Part shown: in pieces, positions 12,893-26,000 of the stretch
How positions within the stretch are numbered: position 1 is the first letter of the stretch
Layout: every line of letters starts with the position of its first letter
From: Squalus acanthias
Taxonomy: Eukaryota
Length of the DNA: 64,000 bases
Assembly: GCA_030390025.1 (NCBI GenBank)
Contig: JASTWF010000034.1
Span: 2,480,001-2,544,000, forward strand
Direction: 5' to 3'
The notes under the pieces: generated by a model
Told to the model about the DNA's origin: nothing
The model's input: only the letters and a program-made list of their open reading frames with translations
The model's database searches: none
Translations under genes and position numbers: made by a program

Positions 12893-15061
12893 AACACGGG
12901 AGAACTCCACTGTATACCTCCCTACAGATCCAAATACTGAACCCTGGGGAACTCCACTGTAAACCCACTCCAGCCCCTGCCACTGAACCCTGGGGAACTC
13001 CACTGTATACCTCACTCGAGCCCCCAGTACTGAACTTTGGGGAACTCCACTATATACCTCACTCGAGCCCCCAGTACTGAACTTTGGGGAACTCCACTGT
13101 ATACCTCCCTCCAGACCCCAGTACTGAACCCTGGGGAACTCCACTGTATACCTTCCTCCAGTCCCCAGTACTGAACCCTGGGGAACTCCACTGTATACCT
13201 CCCTCCAGTCCCCAGTACTGAACCCTGGGGAACTCCACTGTATACCTCCCTCCAGACCCCAGTACTGTACCCTGCGGAACTCCACTGTCTAACTCGCTCG
13301 AGCCCCCAGTACTGAAATGTGGGGAAGTCCAATGTATACATCTCTCCAGACCCTGGTACTGAACCCTGGGGATCTCCACTCTATACCTCCCTCCAGCCCC
13401 CAGTACTGAACCCTGGGGAACTCCACTGTTTACATCCCTCCAGCTCCCAGTACAGCGTCCTGGGTATGTCCAGTGTTTGCCTACTCCAACCCCCTGTTCT
13501 AAACCCTGGGGCTCTCCAATGTATAACTCCCTTCAGCCCACAGTACTGATCGCTGGTGAAATCCACTGTATACTGTACATCCCTCCAGCCCCCACGACTG
13601 CACACTGGGGAAATCCACATTCTACCTCCCTCCAGACCCTAGTACTGAACCCTGCGGAACTCCACTGAATACCCCCTTCCAGACCATGCTACTGAACCCT
13701 GGGGAACTAGACTGTATACCTCCAACCAGCTCCCAGTATTGAACCCTGGGGATCTCCACTGTATACCTTCCTCGAGCCCCCAGTACTGAACTGTGGGGAA
13801 CGCCACTGTACACCTCTCTCCAGACCCCAATACTGAACCCTGGGGAACTCCACTGTATACATCCCTCCAGCCCCCAGTACAGCGTCCTGGGTATGTCCAG
13901 TGTTTGCCTACCTCCAGCCCCCTGTTCTAAACCCTGGGGAACTCCAATGTATACCTCCCTTCTGCAAGCAGGACTGATCGCTAGGGAACTCCACTGTATA
14001 CCTCACTCCAGACCCCAGTTCTGAAACCTGGGGAACTCCACTCTATACCTCTCACCAGACAGCAGTACTGAACCCTGGGGAGGTCCTCTGCATACATCAC
14101 TCCAGACACCAGTACTTAATCCTGGGGAACTCCACTGTACAACTCCCTCGAGCCCACAGTACTTAACCCCGGGGAACTCCTTTGTATACCTCCTTGCAGT
14201 CCCCAGTACTGAACCCTTGGGAACTCCTCTGTATACCTTCCTCCAGTCCCCAAAACTGAATAATGCGGAACTCAACTGTCCACCTCTCTCCAGACCCCGG
14301 TATTGATCCCTGGGGAACTCCACTGTATACCTCCCTCCAGACACCAGCACTGAAACCTGGGGTACTCCGCTGTATACCTCACTCGAGCACCAGTACTGAA
14401 CTGTGGGGAACTACACTGTACACCTCTCTCCAGCCCCCAATACTGAACCCTGGGGAACTCCACTGTATACATCCCTCCAGCCCCCAGTACAGCGTCCTGG
14501 GTATGTCCAGTGTTTGCCTCCCTCCAGCCCCCTGTTCTAAAGGGAAACCTGGGGAACTCCACTCTATACCTCACCCCAGACACCAGTACTGAAACCTGGG
14601 GAACTCCACTGTACAGCTCCCCCCAGACAGCAGTACTGAACCCTGGGGAACTCCACTGTATACCTCCTTCCAGCTCACAATAATGAACCCTGGGGAACTC
14701 CACTGTACAGCTCCCTCCAGATCCAAATACTGAAACCTGGGGAACTCCACTGTATACCTCCTTCCAGCCCACAATACTGAACCCTGGGGAACTCCACTGT
14801 ATACCTCCCTCCAGACCCCAGTACTGAACCCTGGGGAACTCCACTGTATACCTCCCTCCAGACCCCAGTACTGAACCCTGGGGAACTCCACTGTATACCT
14901 CCCTCCAGCCCCCAGAACTGGACCCCGGGGAACTCCACTCTATACCTCCCTCCAGACCCCAGTACTGAACCCTGGGGAACTCCACTGTATACTGCCCTCC
15001 AGACCCCAGTACTGAACCCTGGGGAATTCCACTGTATAACTCCCTCCAGCCCCCACGACTG
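12893..15061 (-). repeat. 47-bp minisatellite derived from CR1 RT (left block)
   Basis: Unit ccactgtatacctccctccagaccccagtactgaaccctggggaact; minus strand translates to WREVYSGVPQGSVLG. Confidence 0.95.
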
Positions 15062-17998
15062 AACAAAGAATCATAGGAGCAGGAGTAGGCCATTCGGCCT
15101 CTCGAGCCAGCTCCGCCATTCAAGGAGATCATGGTTGATCATCCAAATTCAGTACCCGGTCCCTGCCTTCTCCCCACATCCCTTGATCCCTTTAGCCTTA
15201 AGAAATATATCTAACTCCTTCTTGAATATATTTAATGAGTTGGCCTCAACTGCCTTTTGTGATAGAGAATTCCACAGGTTCACCACTCTTTGGGTGAAGA
15301 AATTCCTCCTCATCTCACTCCTAAATGGCTTACCCCTTATCCTTAGACTGTGACACCTGGTTCTGGACTCCCCCACCATCGGGAACATGCTTCCTGCATC
15401 GAGTTTGACTAGTCCTGTTCGTTTTGTATAAGTTTCAATGAGATCCCCTCTCATTCTTCTAAACTCCAGCGAGTATAAGCCCAATCGACCCAATCTCTCC
15501 TCATACGTTATTCCTGCCATCCCAGGTATCAGCCTGGTGAATCTTCGCTGCACTCCCTCCATGGCAAGAACGTCATTCCTCAGATAAGGCGACCAAAACT
15601 GCACACAATACTCAAGATGTGGTCTCACCAAGGCTCTGTACAACTGCAGCAAGACATCCTTGTTCCTGTACTCAAACCCTCTCGCTACGAAGGCCAACAT
15701 ACCATTTGCCTTCTTAACCGCCTGCTGCACCTGCATGTTTACCTTCAGCGACTGGTGCACAAGGACACCCAGGTCTCGTTGCACTTCCCCTTCTCCCAAT
15801 CTATTGCCGTTCAGACAATAATCTGCCTCCTGTTTTTGCCACCAAAGTGGATAACCTCGCATCTATCCACATTGTACTGCATTTGCCATGCATCTGCCCA
15901 ATCACCCAACCTATCCAAATCGTACTGGAGTTTATCGGCATCCTCCTCACAGCACACACGCCCACCCAGCTTTGTGTCGTCTGAAAACTTGGAGATATTA
16001 CATCTAGGTCCCTCGTCTAGATCATTAATATATATTATGAATAGCTGGGGTCTTAGGACCGATCCCTGCGGTACCCCACCAGTCACTGCCTGCCACTCGG
16101 AAAAGGACCCGTTTATTCCATCTGTTTGCTATCTGTCTGCCAACCAGTTCTCTATCCAAGTCAGTACCCTGCCCCTAATCCCATGTGCCTCACCTTTACA
16201 CGCTAATCTCTTATGCGGGACCTTATCGAAAGCCTTCTGAAAGTCCAAATACACCACATCCACTGGTTCTCCCTTATCTATTTGACCAGTTATATCCTCA
16301 AAAAATTCCACTAGATTAGTCAAGCACGATTTACCTTTTATAAATCCATGTTGACTTTGACCGATTCTGTCACTATTTTCCAAGTGCTCTGCTATTACAT
16401 CTTTTATAATGGACTCTAGCATTTTCCCCACTACCGATGTCAGGCTTCCCGGTCTATTATTCTCCGTTTTCTCTCTCCCACCTTTTTTAAATAGTGGGGT
16501 AACATTAGCTACCCACCAATACATGGGAATTGTTCCAGTGTCGATAGAATTTTGGAAGATGACTAGCAATGCATCTACTATTTCTAGGGCCACTTCCTTA
16601 ATTACCCTAGGATGTAGATTATCAGACCCTGGGGATTAATCTGCCTTCAATCCCGTCAATTTCCCTAACACCATTTCCCTACAATTACTGATTTCTTTCA
16701 GTTCCTCCCTTTCATTAGACCCTATGTTCCCCGACATATCTGAGAGGTTATTTGTGTCCTCCTTTGTGAAGACAGAACCAAAGTATGTATTGGATTGGTC
16801 TGCCATTTCTTTGTTCCCCATTATATATTCCCCTGATTCTGACTGCAAGGGACCTACACTTGACTTCACCAATCTTTTTCTCTTCACATATCTTTAGAAG
16901 CTTTTACAGTAAGTTTTTATGTTCCCAACATGCATACTCTCATACTCTATTTTCCCCCTCTTAATTAATCCCTTTGTCCTCCTCTGCTGAAACCTAAACT
17001 GCTCCCAATCCTCCAGTTTGCTGCTTTTTCTGGCCAATGTATATGTCCTCTCTTTGGATCTTATGCTATCCCTAATTTCCCTTGTTAGGCACGGTTGATT
17101 CACATTTTTTGTTTATTTTTATGCCATACAGGGATGAACAAATTCTGTAGTTCATCTATGTGATCTTTCAATGTTTGCATTTGCCTATCCACCATCAACC
17201 CTTTGAGTAACATTCCCCAATCAATCCTACCCAATTCGCGCCTCGTACCATCGTAGTTTCCTTTATTTAAATTCAGGACCCTAGTCTCTGAGTCAACTAC
17301 TTCACTCTCCATCTTAATGAAGAATTCGATCATATTATGATCGCTCCGCCCCAAGGGGCCTCGCACAACAAGATTGCTAATTATTCCTTTCTAATTACAT
17401 AATACCTAGTCTAAGCTGGCCTGCTCTCGAGTTGGTTGCTCGACATATTGGTCCAGGAAACCATCCCGTATACACTCCAGGCATTCCTCCTCCACAATAT
17501 TGTTACTAATTTGGTTTGCCCAATCTATATGCAGATGAAAGTCACCCATGATAAGTGCAGTGGCCTTATTGCATGCGTCTCTAATTCCCATTTAATGCCA
17601 TCCCCAACCTCCGCATTACTGTTTGGGGGTCTGTATACAACTCCCACTAACGTTTTCTGTCCATTGCTATTTCTCAGCTCTACCCATACAGATTCTACAT
17701 CATCAGAGCTAATATCCTTCCTTACAATTGTGTTAATCTCCTCTTTAACCAGCAATGCTACCCGGCTTCCTTATCCTTTTTGCCTGTCTTTCCTGAATAT
17801 TGAATACCCCTGGATGTTGAATTCCCAGCCTTGGTCACCCTGGAGCCATGTTTCCGTTATCCCAATCATATCATATCCTTTTACATCTATTTGCGCCGCT
17901 AATTCATCCACCTTATTACGAATGCTACTCGCATTCAAACACAAAGCCTTCAGGCTTGTTTTTTTAACACTCTTAGACCGTTTAGAATTATTATTTAC
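15062..17998 (-). mobile_element. CR1-type LINE ORF2 (disrupted), inserted in the 47-bp array
   Basis: APE (LCLNASSIRNK, ITETWL) and RT fragments run to a 3' UTR at ~15062-15148; the array resumes in register at ~17999. Confidence 0.95.
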
Positions 17999-18452
17999 CA
18001 GGGAACCCCACTGTCTACCTGCCTCCAGACCCCAGTACTGAACCCTAGGGAACTCCACTGTATACCTCCCTCCAGCCCCCAGTACTGAACCCTGGGAAAC
18101 TCCACTGTATACCTCCCTCCAGACCCCAGTACTGAACCCTGGGGAACTACACTGTATACCTCCCTCCAGACCCCAGTACTGAACCCTGGGGAACTCCACT
18201 GTATACCTCCCTCTATCCTCCAGTACTGAACCCTGGGGAACTCCACTATATACCTCCCTCCAGACCCCAGTACTGGACCCTGGGGAACTCCAGTGTATAC
18301 CTCCCTCCAGCCCCCAGTACTGAACCCTGGGGAACTCCACCATATACCTCCCTCCAGACCCCAGTACTGAACCCTGGGGAACTCCACTGTATACCTCCCT
18401 CCAGACCCAGTACTGAACCCTGGGGAACTCCACTATTTACCTCCCTCCAGCC
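17999..18452 (-). repeat. 47-bp CR1-RT-derived minisatellite (right block)
   Basis: Same unit as 12893-15061. Confidence 0.95.
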
Positions 18453-18710
18453 CGAAGACAGCCATTCAACACAATTCTGTGTTTTCTGTCCCTGATCCAA
18501 TTTGTATCCATGCTGCTACTGCCCCTTTTATCCCATGGGCTTTAATTTGCTAACAATCCTAATATGTGTAACTTTATCAAACGCCTTTTTAATTTCCATA
18601 TCCAGAACATCAACTACGCAGCCCTCATCAACCCTGTTACCTCATCAAAACTCTTAATCAGTTTAGTCAAACACGATTTGCCTTCAACAAATCTGGGCTG
18701 GCTCTCCCTG
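18453..18710 (-). mobile_element. CR1 RT fragment, probable parent of the 47-bp array
   Basis: Continues the CR1 RT sequence immediately upstream of the GVPQG motif (tttatcccatgggcttt, actttatcaaacgcc, aaacacgatttgcc). Confidence 0.8.
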
Positions 18711-18857
18711 ATAACAAATACACAGTGGAATAAAGATCCAGTGAATGGGTAAATTGGGCTTGATCAGCAAGACACAGAGCAATAAATTTATCATTAATTG
18801 TTAACTTGAACATGACAACCAGCACAGAGGGGAATAGAGCGAGAGATTTCTCATCTA

Positions 18858-19861
18858 CTCGTTGCCCCTTGGTGACATCATTCCAAAACACAGCGTCAGT
18901 TTCCACATGTACGCTGACGACACCCAGCTCTACCTCACTACCTCTTCTCTCGACCCCTTTCAGTGTCTAAATTGTCAGACTGCTTGTCCGAGATACAGTT
19001 CTGAATGAGCTAAAAGTTTCTCCAAGTAAATATTGGGAAGACCGAAGCCATTGTTTTCGGTCCCTGCCACCAACACCGTTCCCGAGCCACTGACTCCATC
19101 CCTCTCCCTAACATCTGTCTGAGGCTGGACCATATTGTTCGCAACATTGATTTAATATTTGACCCTGAACTGAGCTTCCGACCACATATCCGCAGCATAA
19201 CAAAGGCCGCCTACTTCCACCTCCGTAACATCGCCCGTCTCCGCCCTTGCCTCATCTCATCCGCTGCTGAAACCCTCATCCATGCCTTTGTTACTTCTAG
19301 ACTTGACTATTCCAACGCACTCCTGGCTGGCCTCCCACATTCCACCCGATGTAAACTTGAGGCCATCCAAAACTCGGCTGCCCGTGTCCTAACTCGTACC
19401 AAGTCCCGTTCACCCATCAACCCTGTGCTCGCTGACCTACACTGGCTCCCGGTTAAGCAGCGCCTCGATTTCAAAAATCTCATCCTGGTTTTCAAATCCC
19501 TCCATGGCCTCGCCCCTTCCTATCTCTAATCTCCTACAGCCCCACAACCCCCCGAGATATCTGCGCTCCTGTAATTCTGTCCTCTTGAGCATCCCTGATT
19601 ATAATCGCGCAACATTTGTTGGCCGTGCCTTCTGTTTCCTCGGCCCTGAGCTCTGGAATTCCCAGCCTCAAACTCCCCACCTCTCTTTCCTCCTTTAAGA
19701 CGCTCCTTAAAACCTACCTCTTTTTACCAAGGTTTTGGTCACCTGCCCTCATTTATTCTTATGTGGAACGGAGCCAATTTTGTGTCTTAAACTCCTGAGC
19801 AGCGCCTTGGGACGTTTTACTCCGTTAAAAGGCGCTATATAAATACACGTTGTTGTTGTTG
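18858..19861 (+). mobile_element. L2-clade LINE, 3' portion
   Basis: cacatgtacgctgacgacacccagctctac = [20 protein letters not shown] and LHWLPV motifs; ends ggcgctatataaat..(gtt)n. Confidence 0.9.
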
Positions 19862-20079
19862 AGGTGGTTTTAAAATGGAAGTGGCAAACAATACACCGAG
19901 GAACAAAGGCACTGTTGATTGATAAAATGGACATGAAAACTAATAAACAGATTGCAGCGCAGGACCTACTCCTGATCCTATTTATTATTTTATTCAGGGC
20001 GTTGCAATTATTTGTACAAATTGACATATTAAGCATAGAGGGGAACCGACCTACAGTTATTTAAATTTGACTCGATAAA

Positions 20080-23000
20080 TAATACACAAGTGCATAAAGT
20101 TAGTTAATTGTTAAATTGGGTTTGATAAACAATACACAGGGTAAAACTGACACAGTTAATTGTTAAATTGGGTATGATAACCAATACACAGGGTAAAACT
20201 GTCAGTTAATTGTTAAATTGGGTATGATAATAAATACATAGGGTAGAACTGTCAGTTAATAATTAAATTGTGTATGATAAATATACAGTGTGAAACTTTC
20301 ACAGTTAATTGTTAAATTGGGTATGATAACCAATACACAGGGTAAAACTGAGAGTTAATTGTTAAATTGGGTATGATAATAAATACATAGGGAAGAACTG
20401 TCACTTTATTGTTAAATTGGGTATGATAATAAATACTCAGGGTAAAACTGTCACAGTTAATTGTTAAATTGGGTATGATAACAAATACACAGGGTAAAAC
20501 TGTCAGTTAATTGTTAAATTGGGTCAGATAACCAATACACAGGGTAAAATTGTCAGTTAATTGTTAAATTGGGTATGATAACCAATACACAGGGTAAAAC
20601 TGTTAGTTAATTGTTAAATTGGGTATGATAACCAATACACAGGGTAAAACTGTCACAGTTAATTGTTAAATTGGGTATGATAACCAATACACAGTGTAAA
20701 ACCGTCATTTAATTGTTAAATTGGTTATGATAACCAATACACAGGGTAAAACTGTCACAGTTAATTGTTAAATGGGGTATGATAACCAATACACAGTGTA
20801 AAACCGTCATTTAATTGTTAAATTGGTTATGATAACCAATACACAGGGTAAAACTGTCACAGTGAATTGTTAAATGGGGTATGATAATAAATACACAGGG
20901 TAGAACTGTCAGTTAATTGTTAAATTGGGTATGATAACCAATACACAGGGTAAAACTGTTAGTTAATTGTTAAATTGTGTATGATAACCAAAATACAGGG
21001 TAAAACTGTCACAGTTAATTGTTTAATTGGGTATGATAAAAATTACACAGGTAAAACTGTCATTTAATTGTTAAATTGGGTATGATATCCAAAACTCAGG
21101 ATAAAACTGCCACAGTTAATTGTTAAATTGGGTATGATTAACCAATACACAGGGTAAAACTGTCAGTTAATTGTTAAATTGTGTATGATAACAAATACAC
21201 AGGGTAAAACTGTCACAGATAATTGTTAAATTGGGCATGATAAATACACAGGGTAGAACTGTCACAGTTAATTGTTAAATTGGTTATGATAACCAATACA
21301 CAGGGTAAAACAGTCAGTTAATTGTTAAATTGTGTATGATAACAAATACACAGGGTAAAACTGTCACAGATAATTGTTAAATTGGGCATGATAAATACAC
21401 AGGGTAGAACTGTCACAGTTAATTGTTAAATTGGTTATGATAACCAATACACAGTGTAAAACTGTCAGTTAATTGTTAAATTCGGTATGATAAAAATGAC
21501 ACAGGTAAAATTGTCATTTAATTGTTAAATTGGGTATGTGATCCAAAACACAGGTTAAAACTGCCACAGTTAATTGTTAAATTGGTTATGATAACTAATA
21601 CACAGGGTAAAACAGTTAGTTAATTGTTAACGATAGCAAAATACTGCGGATGCTGGAAATCCGAAATAACAACAGAAAACGTTGGAAAAACTCAGCAGGC
21701 CAGGCAGCATCCGTGGAGAGAGAAAGAGAGTTAACGTTTCAGGTCAAAATTGGTTATGACAACCAATACACAGGGTAAAACTGTCAAAGTTAATTGTTAA
21801 ATTGGGTATGATAACCAATACACAGGGTAAAACTGTCACAGTTAATTGTTAAATTGGGTATGATAACCAATACACAGGGTAAAACTGTCAGTTAATTGTT
21901 AAATTGGGTATGGTCACCAATACACAGGGTAAAACTGTCACAGTTAATTGTTAAATTGGGTATGATAACCAATACACAGGGTAAAACTGTCATTTAATTG
22001 TTAAATTGGGTATGATAAACAATACACAGGGTAAAACTGTCAGTTAATTGTTAAATTGGGTATGATAACCAATACACAGTGTAAAACTGTCACAGTTAAT
22101 TGTTAATTTGGTTATGATAACCAATACATCGATGAAACTGTCACAGTTAATTGTTAAATTGGGTATGATAAACAATACACAGGGTAAAACTGTCAGTTAA
22201 TTGTTAAATTGGGTATGATAAACAATACACAGGGTAAAACTGTCAGTTAATTGTTAAATTGGGTATGATTAACCAATACACAGGGTAAAACTGTCACAGT
22301 TAATTGTTAAATTGGGTATGATAAACAATACTCAGGATGAAACTGTCAGTTAATTGTTAAATTGGGTATGATAACCAATACATAGGGTAAAACTGTCACA
22401 GTTAATTGTTAAATTGGGTATGATAACCAATACACAGGGTAAAACTGTCACAGTTAATTGTTAAATTGGGTATGATAACCAATACACAGGGTAAAACTGT
22501 CACAGTTAATTTTTAAATTGGGTATGATAACCAATACACAGGGTAAAACTGTCACAGTTAATTGTTAAATTGGGTATGATAACCAATACTCAGGGTAAAA
22601 CTGTCAGTTAATTGTTAAATTTGGTATGATAACCAATACACAGGGTAAAACTGTCACAGTTAATTGTTAAATTGGGTATGATAACAAATACACAGGGTAA
22701 AACTGTCAGTTAATTGTTAAATTGGGTATGATAACCAATACTCAGGGTAAAACTGTCAGTTAATTGTTAAATTGGGTATGATAACCAATACACAGGGTAA
22801 AACTGACAGTTAATTGTTAAATTGGGTATGATAACCAATACATAGGGTAAAACTGTCACAGTTAATTGTTAAATTGGGTATGATAACCAATACTCAGGGT
22901 AAAACTGTCAGTTAATTGTTAAATTTGGTATGATAACCAATACACAGGGTAAAACTGTCAGTTAATTGTTAAATTGGGTATGATAACCAATACACAGTGT

Positions 23001-26000
23001 AAAACTGTCACAGTTAATTGTTAAATTGGGTATGATAACCAATACTCAGGGTAAAACTGTCAGTTAATTGTTAAATTTGGTATGATAACCAATACACAGG
23101 GTAAAACTGTCAGTTAATTGTTAAATTGGGTATGATAACCAATACACAGGGTAAAACTGTCACAGTTAATTGTTAAATTGGGTATGATAACCAATACTCA
23201 GGGTAAAACTGTCAGTTAATTGTTAAATTTGGTATGATAACCAATACACAGGGTAAAACTGTCAGTTAATTGTTAAATTGGGTATGATAACCAATACACA
23301 GGGTAAAACTGTCACAGTTAATTGTTAAATTGGGTATGATAACCAATACACAGGTTAAAACTGTCACAGTTAATTTTTAAATTGGGTATGATAACCAATA
23401 CTCAGGATGAAACTGTCAGTTAATTGTTAAATTGGGTATGATAACCAATACAAAGGGTAAAACTGTCACAGTTAATTGTTAAATTGGGTATGATAACCAA
23501 TACTCAGGATGAAACTGTCAGTTAATTGTTAAATTGGGTATGATAACCAATACACAGGGTAAAACTGTCACAGTTAATTGTTAAATTGGGTATGATAACC
23601 AATACACAGGGTAAAACTGTCAGTTAATTATTAAATTAGGTATGATAACCAATACACAGGGTAAAACTGTCACAGTTAATTGTTAAATTGGGTATGATAA
23701 CCAATACTCAGGGTAAAACTGTCAGTTAATTGTTAAATTTGGTATGATAACCAATACACAGGGTAAAACTGTCAGTTAATTGTTAAATTAGGTATGATAA
23801 CCAATACACAGTGTAAAACTGTCACAGTTAATTGTTAAATTAGGTATGATAACCAATACACAGGGTAAAACTGTCACAGTTAATTGTTAAATTGCGTATG
23901 ATAAACAATACTCAGGATGAAACTGTCAGTTAATTGTTAAATTGGGTATGATAACCAATACATAGGGTAAAACTGTCACAGTTAATTGTTAAATTGGGTA
24001 TGATAACCAATACACAGGGTAAAACTGTCACAGTTAATTGTTAAATTGGGTATGATAACCAATACACAGGGTAAAACTGTCACAGTTAATTTTTAAATTG
24101 GGTATGATAACCAATACACAGGGTAAAACTGTCACAGTTAATTGTTAAATTGGGTATGATAACCAATACTCAGGGTAAAACTGTCAGTTAATTGTTAAAT
24201 TTGGTATGATAACCAATACACAGGGTAAAACTGTCACAGTTAATTGTTAAATTGGGTATGATAACAAATACACAGGGTAAAACTGTCAGTTAATTGTTAA
24301 ATTGGGTATGATAACCAATACTCAGGGTAAAACTGTCAGTTAATTGTTAAATTGGGTATGATAACCAATACACAGGGTAAAACTGACAGTTAATTGTTAA
24401 ATTGGGTATGATAACCAATACACAGGGTAAAACTGTCACAGTTAATTGTTAAATTGGGTATGATAACCAATACTCAGGGTAAAACTGTCAGTTAATTGTT
24501 AAATTTGGTATGATAACCAATACACCGGGTAAAACTGTCAGTTAATTGTTAAATTGGGTATGATAACCAATACACAGTGTAAAACTGTCACAGTTAATTG
24601 TTAAATTGGGTATGATAACCAATACTCAGGGTAAAACTGTCAGTTAATTGTTAAATTGGTATGATAACCAATACACAGGGTAAAACTGTCAGTTAATTGT
24701 TAAATTGGGTATGATAACCAATACACAGGGTAAAACTGTCACAGTTAATTTTTAAATTGGGTATGATAACCAATACACAGGGTAAAACTGTCACAGTTAA
24801 TTGTTAAATTGGGTATGATAACCAATACTCAGGGTAAAACTGTCAGTTAATTGTTAAATTTGGTATGATAACCAATACACAGGGTAAAACTGTCACAGTT
24901 AATTGTTAAATTGGGTATGATAACAAATACACAGGGTAAAACTGTCAGTTAATTGTTAAATTGGGTATGATAACCAATACTCAGGGTAAAACTGTCAGTT
25001 AATTGTTAAATTGGGTATGATAACCAATACACAGGGTAAAACTGACAGTTAATTGTTAAATTGGGTATGATAACCAATACACAGGGTAAAACTGTCACAG
25101 TTAATTGTTAAATTGGGTATGATAACCAATACTCAGGGTAAAACTGTCAGTTAATTGTTAAATTTGGTATGATAACCAATACACAGGGTAAAACTGTCAG
25201 TTAATTGTTAAATTGGGTATGATAACCAATACACAGTGTAAAACTGTCACAGTTAATTGTTAAATTGGGTATGATAACCAATACTCAGGGTAAAACTGTC
25301 AGTTAATTGTTAAATTTGGTATGATAACCAATACACAGGGTAAAACTGTCAGTTAATTGTTAAATTGGGTATGATAACCAATACACAGGGTAAAAATGTC
25401 ACAGTTAATTGTTAAATTGGGTATGATAACCAATACTCAGGGTAAAACTGTCAGTTAATTGTTAAATTTGGTATGATAACCAATACACAGGGTAAAACTG
25501 TCAGTTAATTGTTAAATTGGGTATGATAACCAATACACAGGGTAAAACTGTCACAGTTAATTGTTAAATTGGGTATGATAACCAATACACAGGTTAAAAC
25601 TGTCACAGTTAATTTTAAATTGGGTATGATAACCAATACTCAGGATGAAACTGTCAGTTAATTGTTAAATTGGGTATGATAACCAATACAAAGGGTAAAA
25701 CTGTCACAGTTAATTGTTAAATTGGGTATGATAACCAATACTCAGGATGAAAACTGTCAGTTAATTGTTAAATTGGGTATGATAACCAATACACAGGGTA
25801 AAACTGTCACAGTTAATTGTTAAATTGGGTATGATAACCAATACACAGGGTAAAACTGTCAGTTAATTGTTAAATTAGGTATGATAACCAATACACAGGG
25901 TAAAACTGTCACAGTTAATTGTTAAATTGGGTATGATAACCAATACTCAGGGTAAAACTGTCAGTTAATTGTTAAATTGGTATGATAACCAATACACAGG

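Noticed and set aside
12872..18500. Repeat-protein genes (ORFs up to 286 aa)
   Set aside because: They are translations of the 47-bp satellite cycling through frames, with no independent gene structure.
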